DNA from: an uncultured Candidatus Saccharibacteria bacterium
GTDB lineage: Bacteria > Patescibacteriota > Minisyncoccia > Phycocordibacterales > Phycocordibacteraceae
Assembly: GCA_964652615.1 (NCBI GenBank)
Contig: CAZZAT010000001.1
Location: 359,250-423,249, forward strand
Direction: 5' to 3'
Length of the DNA: 64,000 nucleotides
Shown here: one piece after another, positions 28,680-38,721 of the stretch
How the letters are laid out: each line of letters starts with the position of its first letter
How positions within the stretch are numbered: position 1 is the stretch's first letter
Notes under the pieces: model-generated
Databases searched by the model: none
Told to the model about the DNA's origin: nothing
Seen by the model: only the letters and a program-made list of their open reading frames with translations
Translations under genes and position numbers: made by a program

Positions 28680-30047
28680 ATGACTTTCAGCGGCCGCTTC
28701 GCAACCCTATTGCTATTTCTCGGCGATATCGTCATCTTCTTCAGTGCGCTCTGGCTTACGCTTTTCACGCGTTACGGCGACCTGCCTTCCGAAGAGCTTT
28801 TCAATATACACATCACGGCATTTCTGCCGCTGTTTGCGCTCTGGCTCCTCGTCTTCTTTATGGCAGGCCTCTATGGCAAGCGAATACTTTTTCATAAGAC
28901 GAAACTGTTTGGCGCGATATTTGGCGTGCAGCTTACAAACGTACTGCTCGCAGCGCTCTACTTCTTTTTCGTACCAGGCATCGGTCTTCAGCCAAAAACA
29001 AATCTCTTCCTCTATCTCGTCATCTCCCTTGCACTCGTGCTTGTGTGGCGGCTCTATATCTTCCCGCGCGTTACGACGCCCGTATCGCGCGAACGGGCAG
29101 TGCTTGTAGGAAAAGGGCCAGATATCGAGGCACTGAGAAGCGAAGTGAATGGGAACCCTCGCTACCGGCTTTCGTTTCCCTTGGTTGCGTCGCCCGAATC
29201 ATTGCGCCAAGACTATCAGGCATTTGAAAAGCGTCTTACGAAAGAGCGTATCAGCACGTTTATTATCGACACGTCTGACGATGAACTGCGTCCGCTTCTT
29301 CCAAAGTTCTATGAGCTCGCCTTCGCAGGTTCTGGCTATACGGTCCTTGATTTTCATAGCGCGTATGAGGAAGTATTCGATCGCGTTCCGCTTTCGGTTC
29401 TCGAGTACGATTGGTTTCTGAAGAATATCCAAACGACACCAGCCGTCTTTTATCCTGTTGCAAAGCGTGCCGTTGATATTGTGGGGGGACTTCTCATGGG
29501 TATCGTTACGGTTATCGCGACACCCTGTATTGCCTTTTTGATGCTCTTTGAAGGTCGAGGACCGGTGTTCATTGCGCAAGAGCGTATTGGCCAGTATGGC
29601 AGGAGGATTGTGTGCTACAAGTTCCGAAGCATGGCTAAGAATCGTCGCGCATCCGATACGTGGATAGGAGAAGAAGAGAACAAAGTCACGAAGCTTGGCA
29701 GTTTCTTGCGCCGAACGTCTCTTGATGAGTTTCCGCAGTTTGTAAATGTCTTAAAGGGTGAAATGTCTCTTATTGGTCCTCGAAATGATATTGAAGGGCT
29801 CGGCAGAAGACTTGCCGAAGCGCTTCCGTACTACAACGTCCGCTACCTTGTCCCTCCTGGCATTACTGGGTGGGCGCAGATAAACCAGCAGTACGAGCAG
29901 GGGAACATCAGTCCGCAGTCCATCGAAGAGACCAAGATGCGCCTTGCGTACGATTTCTATTATATTAAGAACCGATCATTTGCCCTTGATGTGGTTATTG
30001 CACTCAAGACCGTGAAGCGCATGCTCTTTCGCGTGTCGAGCTGGTAA
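28680..30047 (+). CDS. polyprenyl-phosphate sugar phosphotransferase (Bac_transf family, WbaP/WcaJ-like)
   Basis: Five N-terminal TM helices; C-terminal 'RFRSMAKN...PQFVNVLKGEMSLIGPR...PGITGWAQIN' is the bacterial sugar transferase domain. Confidence 0.8.
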   Translation: MTFSGRFATLLLFLGDIVIFFSALWLTLFTRYGDLPSEELFNIHITAFLPLFALWLLVFFMAGLYGKRILFHKTKLFGAIFGVQLTNVLLAALYFFFVPGIGLQPKTNLFLYLVISLALVLVWRLYIFPRVTTPVSRERAVLVGKGPDIEALRSEVNGNPRYRLSFPLVASPESLRQDYQAFEKRLTKERISTFIIDTSDDELRPLLPKFYELAFAGSGYTVLDFHSAYEEVFDRVPLSVLEYDWFLKNIQTTPAVFYPVAKRAVDIVGGLLMGIVTVIATPCIAFLMLFEGRGPVFIAQERIGQYGRRIVCYKFRSMAKNRRASDTWIGEEENKVTKLGSFLRRTSLDEFPQFVNVLKGEMSLIGPRNDIEGLGRRLAEALPYYNVRYLVPPGITGWAQINQQYEQGNISPQSIEETKMRLAYDFYYIKNRSFALDVVIALKTVKRMLFRVSSW

Positions 30048-30058
30048 GCTCATAAGGT

Positions 30059-31126
30059 ATGAAGCACACCGTCCTTATTACTGGCGCTGCAGGATATGTG
30101 GGAACTATGCTTGTGCAGGAATTTGCCTCGCGCGAAGATGTCGGATGCGTTATCGGCATAGACAAGGAGCCGTTGCCAGACATACTGCAAAATACCGACA
30201 AGCTACTCTATCTTCAAAAGAACACTGCCGATGATTGGGAAGCAGAGGTTGTCCCGTGCGCTCCAGACATTGTCATACATACAGCATGGCAAATACGCGA
30301 AATATACGGCAACCGCCCGCTTACATGGAAGTGGAATATCGAAGGTTCGGATAAGGTGTTTGATTTTGCTTTCGGCAATAGCTTTGTGAAGCGCCTCATT
30401 CATTTTTCGACCGTTGCTTCGTACGGAGCGTTTGCAGATAATTCGACAGAACACCGCTACAAGGAAGAAGAGCCCTTCCGCAAATCCGAGTACCTCTATG
30501 CTGAAGAAAAACGCTGGTGCGAGGAGCATTTGCAAGAACGATACAAGACGCGTGCCAATACAGGCATTCACGTGTCTATTGTCCGCCCGGCTGCCATTAC
30601 GGGCCCTCGCGGACGATTCATGCGCATTCGTTTCGGGCTTCAAGCAGCTCTTTCGGGCATGCTTGAGAAGTCGTTTGCGGAACGCCTCGTTTCAAAACTC
30701 GTATCCTTTGTGCCGGTAACAAAGAAATGGCTTCGTCAGTTCATTCATGAAGATGATGTGGTAGGTATCGTTGAGCGCCTTGCGTTTGGTAGTCCAGTTG
30801 AAGGGTATGAGGCGTTCAATATCTGCCCGCCAGGGGAGGTGGTGCGCGGGAAGGATATGGCAAAGGCGGTAGGAAAGCATACGCTTCCCATACATCCGTG
30901 GCTTATACGTCCTGCGTTCTTTGTGTTCTGGCACCTTACGCGCGGGAAAATACCTACCGGCCCTGGAGCATGGCGCGGGTATTCGTATCCTATAGCGGTA
31001 GATGGTTCGAAAGTGACGCGTGTTCTTGGATATCAGTACAAACACGAAGGCTTTGATGCGTTCTACTACACAAACGGCAAGTACGAATCGTTCGTACCCA
31101 AAGAACTGCGCCGGACTAAATCATGA
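30059..31126 (+). CDS. NAD-dependent epimerase/dehydratase family protein
   Basis: 'VLITGAAGYVGTMLVQEF' Rossmann motif and an SDR-extended pattern. Confidence 0.7.
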   Translation: MKHTVLITGAAGYVGTMLVQEFASREDVGCVIGIDKEPLPDILQNTDKLLYLQKNTADDWEAEVVPCAPDIVIHTAWQIREIYGNRPLTWKWNIEGSDKVFDFAFGNSFVKRLIHFSTVASYGAFADNSTEHRYKEEEPFRKSEYLYAEEKRWCEEHLQERYKTRANTGIHVSIVRPAAITGPRGRFMRIRFGLQAALSGMLEKSFAERLVSKLVSFVPVTKKWLRQFIHEDDVVGIVERLAFGSPVEGYEAFNICPPGEVVRGKDMAKAVGKHTLPIHPWLIRPAFFVFWHLTRGKIPTGPGAWRGYSYPIAVDGSKVTRVLGYQYKHEGFDAFYYTNGKYESFVPKELRRTKS

Positions 31127-31932
31127 TGGTAGACGGACGTGCTATTGCGCGAGAATTACTTTTAGAGGTTCGAGAAAGCGTTGCGTCTTTGGGACGTATT
31201 CCTGTCGTGCGTGCCGTCTCTATTTCGCCTACCCGAGCGACAGAATCATATTTGAAGATAAAAGAGCGGGCTGCAGAAGAAGCAGGAATGCGTCTTGAGA
31301 TAGTTCGCTTAGAGGAGAATGCTTCTACCACAGATGTGCTAACGCACCTTAAGCGCGAAGGAGCCCACGCAGTTATCCTGCAATTGCCGCTTCCGCCGCA
31401 AAGCGATACGCAAACACTATGCGATGCTATACCGCTCGTAGCCGATGCTGACGTGCTTTCAGAAGCTGCATACAAACGCTTTGCTTCTAACGAAGCGGGC
31501 GCGCTTCTGCCTCCCGTTGTTGGCGCGATAGCGGAAATACTTGAGCGGACGAATGTGAATCCGCAAGGAAAGCGCATTGTGGTTGTAGGGGGAGGTAAGC
31601 TTGTTGGTGCTCCCTCTGCACAGTGGCTTTCACGTTTCTCGGCGGTAGACATGATTACCAAAGAAGAAGGAGAGCTCTCTGTATTAAAAGAAGCCGATAT
31701 TGTCGTACTTGGTGCAGGTCAGGCGGGACTCGTACAGCCCTCTATGCTTAAAGAAGGTGTCGTGCTTATCGACGCAGGAGCTTCGGAGTCGAATGGGACG
31801 ATTGCAGGAGATGCACATCCGTCATGTGCGAGTGTGGCCTCGGTATTTACGCCTGTTCCAGGTGGTGTTGGACCTATTACGGTTGCATGTCTTTTTAAGA
31901 ATGTAAGCGCTCTTGTCAAGGAGTTGGCATAA
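31123..31932 (+). CDS. folD: bifunctional methylene-THF dehydrogenase/cyclohydrolase
   Basis: 'VILQLPLPP', 'VVVGGGKLVGAP' and 'TPVPGGVGPITVACL' are FolD signatures. Confidence 0.75.
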   Translation: MMVDGRAIARELLLEVRESVASLGRIPVVRAVSISPTRATESYLKIKERAAEEAGMRLEIVRLEENASTTDVLTHLKREGAHAVILQLPLPPQSDTQTLCDAIPLVADADVLSEAAYKRFASNEAGALLPPVVGAIAEILERTNVNPQGKRIVVVGGGKLVGAPSAQWLSRFSAVDMITKEEGELSVLKEADIVVLGAGQAGLVQPSMLKEGVVLIDAGASESNGTIAGDAHPSCASVASVFTPVPGGVGPITVACLFKNVSALVKELA

Positions 31933-31962
31933 CAAAGCAAGAGGCGTACACTTGTCTGCATC

Positions 31963-33258
31963 ATGAAATTCATTCCGGCGCTTGGAATACTTGTGGTTGC
32001 CGGACTCCTTAGCTGGTTCGTGCTTTCTACGAATACCCCAGGAAATCAGTATGCAGTGAAGCTCGGGCTCGATCTTGCTGGAGGTACCGAACTTATTTAC
32101 AAGGCCGATACGTCGGGCGTTATTACCGATACCAAAGGAGCGCTTGAATCGCTTCGTGAGGTGATAGAGAAGCGCGTAAACCTTTTCGGTGTTGCCGAGC
32201 CTCTGGTACAGCTTGAGAAATCATCGGGGGTTGCAGGCGAAGTGGAGGATCGTCTTATTGTTGAGCTTCCTGGTGTTACCGATGTGAAAGCTGCAGTGGA
32301 TGCACTCGGAGCAACGCCGATACTTGAGTTCAAGCTTGTAGACACAACAAATACTGAAACACTCTCCTATACGCCAACGGAGCTTACGGGCCGCTACCTT
32401 AAAAATGCAGAACTGCAGTTTGGACAGGCGGCAGGAGGCGGCTTGGCAAATCAGCCAGTCGTGCTTTTGCATTTTGATGAGACAGGCGGCAAGCTCTTTG
32501 GAGATATTACGACGGAAAACGTTGGACGACAGATTGCTATCTTTCTTGACGGGCAAGTTATCTCTTCTCCTGTCGTACAAGAACCTATCACGGGAGGCAG
32601 TGCAACCATTACCGGCCAGTTCACTCCTGAAGAAGCACGAGGGTTAGTGCAAAACCTTAACTTTGGAGCGCTTCCGGTGCCGATTAGCCTTGCATCTTCG
32701 AATTCCGTAGGGCCTACGCTTGGCGCCGCAGCGCTTGACGCAGGGCTTAGTGCCTCCGTTATCGGCTTTGCGCTCGTCGCGCTCTTTATGATTGCATGGT
32801 ACCGACTTCCAGGACTTATTTCTGTCCTAGCGCTTATCATCTATGTTGTTATCACGTTTGCCATCATTAAGTTCATTCCGGTGACGCTTACCGCTTCAGG
32901 TATTGCCGCCTTCATTTTGTCTATTGGCATGGCGGTAGACGCAAACGTTCTCATTTTTGAACGTATGAAAGAAGAGCTTCGGGAAGGGAAGGCGCCTTCA
33001 GAGGCGGCGAAGAACGGCTTTGCGCGTGCATGGCCTGCGATACGAGACGGACACTTTACGATGATCATTTCGTCCGTCATCCTGTTTTGGATGGGTACGT
33101 CCTTGGTGCAGGGCTTTGCACTTGTCTTCGGTCTTGGTGTTATCGTCTCGCTTCTCTCTGCCGTTACGATCACTCAGACGCTTCTCGCTTCCATCCTTCC
33201 CAAAGAGCGAACGGGAGTATGGCAGTTCCTTTTGTCAGCTGGGTTTCATTTGAAATAG
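31963..33258 (+). CDS. secD: protein translocase subunit SecD
   Basis: 'LGLDLAGGTELIY' periplasmic domain start plus C-terminal six TM helices with 'FILSIGMAVDANVLIFER'. Confidence 0.85.
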   Translation: MKFIPALGILVVAGLLSWFVLSTNTPGNQYAVKLGLDLAGGTELIYKADTSGVITDTKGALESLREVIEKRVNLFGVAEPLVQLEKSSGVAGEVEDRLIVELPGVTDVKAAVDALGATPILEFKLVDTTNTETLSYTPTELTGRYLKNAELQFGQAAGGGLANQPVVLLHFDETGGKLFGDITTENVGRQIAIFLDGQVISSPVVQEPITGGSATITGQFTPEEARGLVQNLNFGALPVPISLASSNSVGPTLGAAALDAGLSASVIGFALVALFMIAWYRLPGLISVLALIIYVVITFAIIKFIPVTLTASGIAAFILSIGMAVDANVLIFERMKEELREGKAPSEAAKNGFARAWPAIRDGHFTMIISSVILFWMGTSLVQGFALVFGLGVIVSLLSAVTITQTLLASILPKERTGVWQFLLSAGFHLK

Positions 33259-33261
33259 CGT

Positions 33262-34188
33262 ATGTTGATTATTAAATTCCGTTCGTTCTTCTTCTGGCTC
33301 ACGGGCCTTATTCTTGCTGGGGCGATTGCTTCTATTGCTTACTTTGGTCTTCCGCTTGGTATCGATTTCACGGGCGGCTCTCTCATTGAAGTTGCGTATA
33401 CCGAGGCACGCCCTTCAGTTGATGACGTGCGCGGCAGGCTTGAAGCTGTTGATTTTACGGGAGCATCAGTGCGTGAGAGTGGAGAGAACGGAATAGTTGT
33501 ACGTATTCATGCACTTACCCCAGAAGAGCACGATGGTGTGCTTGCTGCGCTTTCGGGAGGTACTTCAGAGGCGCTCACGGAGCTTCGCTATAACACAGTA
33601 GGCCCTTCGCTTGGCTCCGAGCTCGCAATAAAGGCGCTCTATGCACTTCTTGTCGTCTCGCTCGTTATTGTTATCTATATCGCACTTGTCTTTAGAAAGG
33701 TTTCAAAACCGGTGCCGTCATGGGGCTATGGCCTTGTCGTTGTCGCCATGCTTGCCATCGACATTATTGTTCCCGCTGGCTTTTTTGCAGCCTACGCTCA
33801 TTTCACAGGCGCGCATGTGGACTCGCTCTTTGTCGTTGCACTGCTTGCACTCCTTGGGTACTGCGTGAACGACGTCATCGTTATTTTCGACCGCGTGCGT
33901 GAACATTTGAAGTGGAATGCGGAGCGCAAAGCGGCAGATCCAAAAACTCCTGATGAGCCGTTTGAAACGACGGTAGGGAAGTCTATTGATGAGACGATGG
34001 GCCGTTCGATAAACACGTCCCTTACGGTAGCGTTTGCGCTTCTCGCCATTATTTTCTTTGGCGCAGAAGCAACACGCAATTTCGCGCTCGTTATGCTTGT
34101 CGGTGTTGTAATTGGTACCTTCTCCTCTATCTGCCGCTCCGCTCCGCTCCTTATTCCAATTGCAAAGATGTTCGAAAAGAAAGACTAA
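33262..34188 (+). CDS. secF: protein translocase subunit SecF
   Basis: 'GIDFTGGSLIEVAY' and 'YCVNDVIVIFDRVRE'; adjacent to secD. Confidence 0.85.
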   Translation: MLIIKFRSFFFWLTGLILAGAIASIAYFGLPLGIDFTGGSLIEVAYTEARPSVDDVRGRLEAVDFTGASVRESGENGIVVRIHALTPEEHDGVLAALSGGTSEALTELRYNTVGPSLGSELAIKALYALLVVSLVIVIYIALVFRKVSKPVPSWGYGLVVVAMLAIDIIVPAGFFAAYAHFTGAHVDSLFVVALLALLGYCVNDVIVIFDRVREHLKWNAERKAADPKTPDEPFETTVGKSIDETMGRSINTSLTVAFALLAIIFFGAEATRNFALVMLVGVVIGTFSSICRSAPLLIPIAKMFEKKD

Positions 34189-34191
34189 ACA

Positions 34192-34587
34192 ATGGTCCTT
34201 CCTGAAAAGAAACCACCTGGAGAATATCGTTCGAGTATAGATCGTGCTCTAGAAGCATTAGAACCAGGCTGGTTCATGACTGCGCTTGTGAAGAATATAG
34301 AATCGATTCCTATTCCCGTAACGGTCGAGGCGCTGTATGCAGCTCTCGATGAAGCCATTAAAAATGTAGAGAAAGTACAGAAAATTTATAACGATGAACA
34401 GAATAAAGTGATAAATACAGACGCTAGTGCCATACTTAACTACCTTCATGTACGGTTAAAAAATATACGTAATACCTTCTCAACCACCGGTTCTCTCATC
34501 GTTGCGCTAAGAAAGCTTCGCGAAGAGTATAGAGATAAAGCTGCAAAACAAGGAGAACAGTATTTTCCTAACGAAGGGAATGGATAG
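34192..34587 (+). CDS. hypothetical protein (131 aa), AT-rich gene
   Basis: ORF only; no recognisable motif; followed by a terminator. Confidence 0.35.
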   Translation: MVLPEKKPPGEYRSSIDRALEALEPGWFMTALVKNIESIPIPVTVEALYAALDEAIKNVEKVQKIYNDEQNKVINTDASAILNYLHVRLKNIRNTFSTTGSLIVALRKLREEYRDKAAKQGEQYFPNEGNG

Positions 34588-34618
34588 CACATAATGTACG
34601 GTCTGCTTCCAGAAGAAA

Positions 34619-34640
34619 GCGCCCAGCATAAGCTGGGCGC
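34619..34640. terminator. terminator hairpin (gcgcccagc-ataa-gctgggcgc) plus T-rich tract
   Basis: Perfect 9-bp stem followed by 'attactttgttttc'. Confidence 0.5.
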
Positions 34641-34641
34641 A

Positions 34642-34743
34642 TTACTTTGTTTTCTTTAATTTCGAACTTCCCGTATAGAGGATAGCAACGAGAATTGCAA
34701 GTAGTAGTAAACCGCCAAACATCCAAAGAACTACTTCTGGCAT
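34642..34743 (-). CDS. possible small membrane peptide (33 aa)
   Basis: Not in the ORF track (below the size cutoff). ATG...TAA on the minus strand encodes a single hydrophobic helix with a basic tail. Confidence 0.25.
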   Translation of the reverse strand: MPEVVLWMFGGLLLLAILVAILYTGSSKLKKTK

Positions 34744-34863
34744 TTGAGACTCCTAACACGCACTTCTCAGAAACTATACTACATATCATCAGATATGCAA
34801 TGGTTCTCTCCAAGGAAGCATTGAGAGGTATGCTATGCTTAGTTTGTAAAACTCATCGACCAC

Positions 34864-37800
34864 ATGGCTCGTCGTCGCGGATTCGGAGGAGGTTCACCTG
34901 CAATGGAGGACAACATTGCGCCTTTTCCCGCACCCGCTCCTCAAGAAAGAGAAGCACAGGAAGCTATAACCAACGAGCAATTCCAAGCATTTATAGAACA
35001 ATCGAAAGAGCATCTCGATGTGCTTTTTAAAAAGAAAGGGTTCAATGCGTCTCTCGTTGAACTAGCGGCTCGTGCTGATCTTGATACAAAAGATAACGAA
35101 CATAATAAAGAAGCGCTTCTAAAGGCAATAGAACGAGCAAAGAAAACAGCTCCTGCAAAGGTTCGAGAAGCGCTAGAAGCCGCCGCTATCGCACAGGGAA
35201 TCTCCCTCGATACTCTTTTCCTTGAGATGGCACGCCGTCAAAACAGCCTCTCTCGTACGCTCAGTGAAGATCTGCCGCAGCGTCCAGAAGGTGGAATCGA
35301 TGGATTTGCACAATACCTTGACCGAGTTCTTGCTCGGCCAGATTCAGGATTTGGTACAGAAAATCCTTTCGCTGCTGGGCTTATGGCGCGGTTTCAGGAA
35401 ATCGCGACTCCTGCAAAAGTTCCATTGTATCCAAAAGGATCTCCCATCTCGTCTCAGTTTGAACGAGTAGGAGGACGTCTTGCAGGAGAAGCCACGCTCT
35501 CCTACATGGAACTTTCCATATTCTCAGTGACCATAACAAAGACGGCAGCTGCGTTCGGTGTTGCGCTGTCTGGACCAGCAGCGATTGCGCTTGCGGTGGT
35601 TGCGTGTACGACCATTATTTTCCCAGGGCGAAATGAACTCTTTAAATCAATTATTGAGACAGATGGGAATGTTGTTGCAGGATTGAAACGCTTCGTAAAG
35701 CGTAAGCCAAAATTTGCCGCAACAGCGCTGGCTCTTATAGGAGGTGTTGCGCTTGGTGGTGTAGGGTACAGCATCGATCGTTCTATAGAAGATGGAGCAA
35801 AATCAGGCGCAGCAGCAGAACAGCTCGGCCAAGCCGTTGAGGGAACGGGAGCTCCGGGCGAAAGCATCATCGAACGTATGCAAACGAGCGACACGATGCC
35901 GGCTCTCGTTCAGCGTCTTCCGCGCATCGTCGATGCGCTGCTTCGAGCCGAGCAGTTCCCGGACCAACGGGCACAGATACAAGAAGAATTCGGAGATGTT
36001 CTCTCGCCCGGAGGTACTGGGAATGAAGGGACTGGTCCTGTATATGCAGCGCGTTGCTACCTGTTCGGTAGACCAATTCCTCCAACGGCAGCGCTCAACC
36101 CTGAACACCGTCGTCTTATTGATCAAGCCCGTGCCGAGGCCGGATTCAATCAAGGAGAGACAATTGAAGCATTCGTAGGTCGTCAGTATCAAGACTACAT
36201 TCGAGATACTGCAGAAGCGAAAGCGCGCGCAACAGAATTGGCGCGACAAATTTCTGAAAATAGAGAAACACTTTCGGATCAAACATTCACTTCAATTTTT
36301 GTTGGCAGTGTTTTTCATTTTGAGGGTTCGATGAGTCAGGAAGAGGCACTTGCGCCACGGGCTGAGCTTGAACAACACTTGCGCACTATCGAGGCTCGAT
36401 ATAACGCGATGCGTCAAAATGTCGAGAATGCGAACCGGATTCTCTCGAGCGCGTCAGAGCAAATAGCGCCTGGTACAGGGTTAACGCTCCGACTACCACC
36501 TTTCACACTCAACGAAGTATTTGCACCGCTCTTCGGCGTAACCCCAAACGAGTCGCATCCAATCGCTGAGCAATGGGCGGAACAGATTGCTTCTGCAGCT
36601 GGCGGGGAGCCTGAACAGTACTATTCAGTTGCCCGCAATCTTATCCGTGGTACCTCAGGGCTCGCTGCGCTCATACTCGCGCTCGGCATGATTCCTCTTT
36701 TTTATACAGGAGCCTTACGTCGAAACCGCAAACTCAAAGAGCGAGAAGTGCATCATATCGCCGAAGCTCGCGAGGCAGAAAATGAATATGTCGACCAACT
36801 TGTTGAACAGTGCAATTTTATACGTCCATACATTCCAGGGAACCCTGAGGTAACACCGTTTCGTGCACGATTTGCATTGCGTCAACTGGTTATGAGCAAA
36901 TCTCCGGTTATTCTTGGCGAAGATGCTAATAGAATAACGAGATTTAAGCATTGGTTTGTTTCAAATTATCTTGAACGCGGGAAAGTAACAGATGATACTG
37001 AAGCACTCAAAGATTATGCAAAAGTGCTACGTGCGCTCCAAACCGACGCAAAATTGAGTGAAGAACTTCTTGAAACACTCTATCCAGGATTTACTGCACT
37101 TACTACGGCGCTTGGAAACGATCAGGCAGTCCTTCTAAAACTCAGTGCAGGCGGGAAAATGACTGCAGAGGAAGCAGGAAGGTTAAAACAAATGGCAGAA
37201 TCGCCATGGCAATTCGCTGACAAAGTGAATCGTGCTCAACTCGAATGCGCATACGCGACTGCTCAGGCTGAATTTCATACACTCGAGTCGGAGTATACAT
37301 GTCTCAGTCATATTCTTGAGGACGTAATGACCGGTGCGAATAAATATGAAATCTTCAACCCGTTTACAAACGAGGAAGATTTACACCTCGAGACACGGAA
37401 CATGGCAGAGGCCATTAATACATACGAATACCTCTATACGCAGGATGGACGTCGTCCACAGCTCTCCGAAGAACATCAGCGAGTCATGCGCCGTATCGCT
37501 GCAGAGACGCAAGCTGCAAAAGTGATCATGATGATAATGGCTGAGAATCGAAACAAAGTCGACAGTCTTAAAGAAGAAATCGGCAAGGTTGAACGAGCTT
37601 TTATCACTCGTCAGCTTAAGGATATTAATAAGGATGGGTTTAAATTTTCTATACCCAAATCGATGGTCGATGGCGATGACCCTGAGACGCGTGAGTTGCT
37701 CACTGCGAGCGCAGGCGCATTTCAAGATGTTGCGAAAGACGTAAAACTTCGACTTGGCGGCCTTACTGGCCTTGCAAATGAAGGACGAGGGGCCGACGAA

Positions 37801-38721
37801 TCTGTAGCGGAGATTATCGAAACACTTACTAACGCAAGGGGTGGAATCGACGATGCAAGCATCTTGCATGTCAAAGAACTCCTTGAAGAAATAAAACAGA
37901 AGGGTAAAGAGGAGAAAAACGAGAAAATTACTGTAGAAAAAGTATCAGTACAGGAACAATTAGATGCTATGGCGCAGCGACTTTTTGAGCCGAGAGTACT
38001 GCAGGCCCTGCTTGCTGATCTTAACTACGGCCGTCACCCTGATGAACAGTTAAATGTTGAACTGCAGCCGGTCTATGACATCAAGGGGCAACAGCTTCCA
38101 GCGAGCGACACGAGGATAGATATACCGGGCTGCATTTTGCGATTCCGTGTCCTTGATAGTGGGAATCGAGAAGTCGTAAGAAATGACTTCCAAATGAGTC
38201 ACGTCCTTCTGGAAGGGCGTAAGCCAAAATTTGCGGCAGATAAGTTCGGTATTTGGCTAAACGGAGCGATACGGAACGCAAAACTTGAATCGCGGAAGCA
38301 ATGGCTTGAACAATTTGTCTCCGGTGATGAGAATAAGAATAGGGAAGGAACGTTAATTCTCGATACGTTTGGGAACCAAGACAAGTCAAACGTATGGCTC
38401 GATACTTTCTACCACGCCACAGTACTCAAATGGCGACGTGCTGAGACCGCTCGTGCCCTTCAAGGCGCGACACGACCCATCAAACCGGAAGCACTTGATA
38501 TTTTCGATGAAAAGTATGATCGGGAAGGTATTTCATATGACGCTACTGCACGTCCTGAAACAATGCGGGAAATTATCGAACTTCATCATCGTCTTCCGTT
38601 ATGGAATCGTTCTCGGGTTTCTATAAATCTTGCAACACAGCAAGTTACTCGCTCAAACGGAAAACCAAAGGAACTTACAGTTGCTCAATACGTAGCGGAA
38701 CTTCGTAAAAAAACAGCTTAA
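34864..38721 (+). CDS. giant orphan membrane-associated protein (1285 aa)
   Basis: Uninterrupted ORF; predicted TM segments around aa 205-250, 278-300 and 595-620; mostly helical/charged; no recognisable catalytic motif. The 3' half (from about 36.7 kb) is markedly more AT-rich. Confidence 0.6.
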   Translation: MARRRGFGGGSPAMEDNIAPFPAPAPQEREAQEAITNEQFQAFIEQSKEHLDVLFKKKGFNASLVELAARADLDTKDNEHNKEALLKAIERAKKTAPAKVREALEAAAIAQGISLDTLFLEMARRQNSLSRTLSEDLPQRPEGGIDGFAQYLDRVLARPDSGFGTENPFAAGLMARFQEIATPAKVPLYPKGSPISSQFERVGGRLAGEATLSYMELSIFSVTITKTAAAFGVALSGPAAIALAVVACTTIIFPGRNELFKSIIETDGNVVAGLKRFVKRKPKFAATALALIGGVALGGVGYSIDRSIEDGAKSGAAAEQLGQAVEGTGAPGESIIERMQTSDTMPALVQRLPRIVDALLRAEQFPDQRAQIQEEFGDVLSPGGTGNEGTGPVYAARCYLFGRPIPPTAALNPEHRRLIDQARAEAGFNQGETIEAFVGRQYQDYIRDTAEAKARATELARQISENRETLSDQTFTSIFVGSVFHFEGSMSQEEALAPRAELEQHLRTIEARYNAMRQNVENANRILSSASEQIAPGTGLTLRLPPFTLNEVFAPLFGVTPNESHPIAEQWAEQIASAAGGEPEQYYSVARNLIRGTSGLAALILALGMIPLFYTGALRRNRKLKEREVHHIAEAREAENEYVDQLVEQCNFIRPYIPGNPEVTPFRARFALRQLVMSKSPVILGEDANRITRFKHWFVSNYLERGKVTDDTEALKDYAKVLRALQTDAKLSEELLETLYPGFTALTTALGNDQAVLLKLSAGGKMTAEEAGRLKQMAESPWQFADKVNRAQLECAYATAQAEFHTLESEYTCLSHILEDVMTGANKYEIFNPFTNEEDLHLETRNMAEAINTYEYLYTQDGRRPQLSEEHQRVMRRIAAETQAAKVIMMIMAENRNKVDSLKEEIGKVERAFITRQLKDINKDGFKFSIPKSMVDGDDPETRELLTASAGAFQDVAKDVKLRLGGLTGLANEGRGADESVAEIIETLTNARGGIDDASILHVKELLEEIKQKGKEEKNEKITVEKVSVQEQLDAMAQRLFEPRVLQALLADLNYGRHPDEQLNVELQPVYDIKGQQLPASDTRIDIPGCILRFRVLDSGNREVVRNDFQMSHVLLEGRKPKFAADKFGIWLNGAIRNAKLESRKQWLEQFVSGDENKNREGTLILDTFGNQDKSNVWLDTFYHATVLKWRRAETARALQGATRPIKPEALDIFDEKYDREGISYDATARPETMREIIELHHRLPLWNRSRVSINLATQQVTRSNGKPKELTVAQYVAELRKKTA

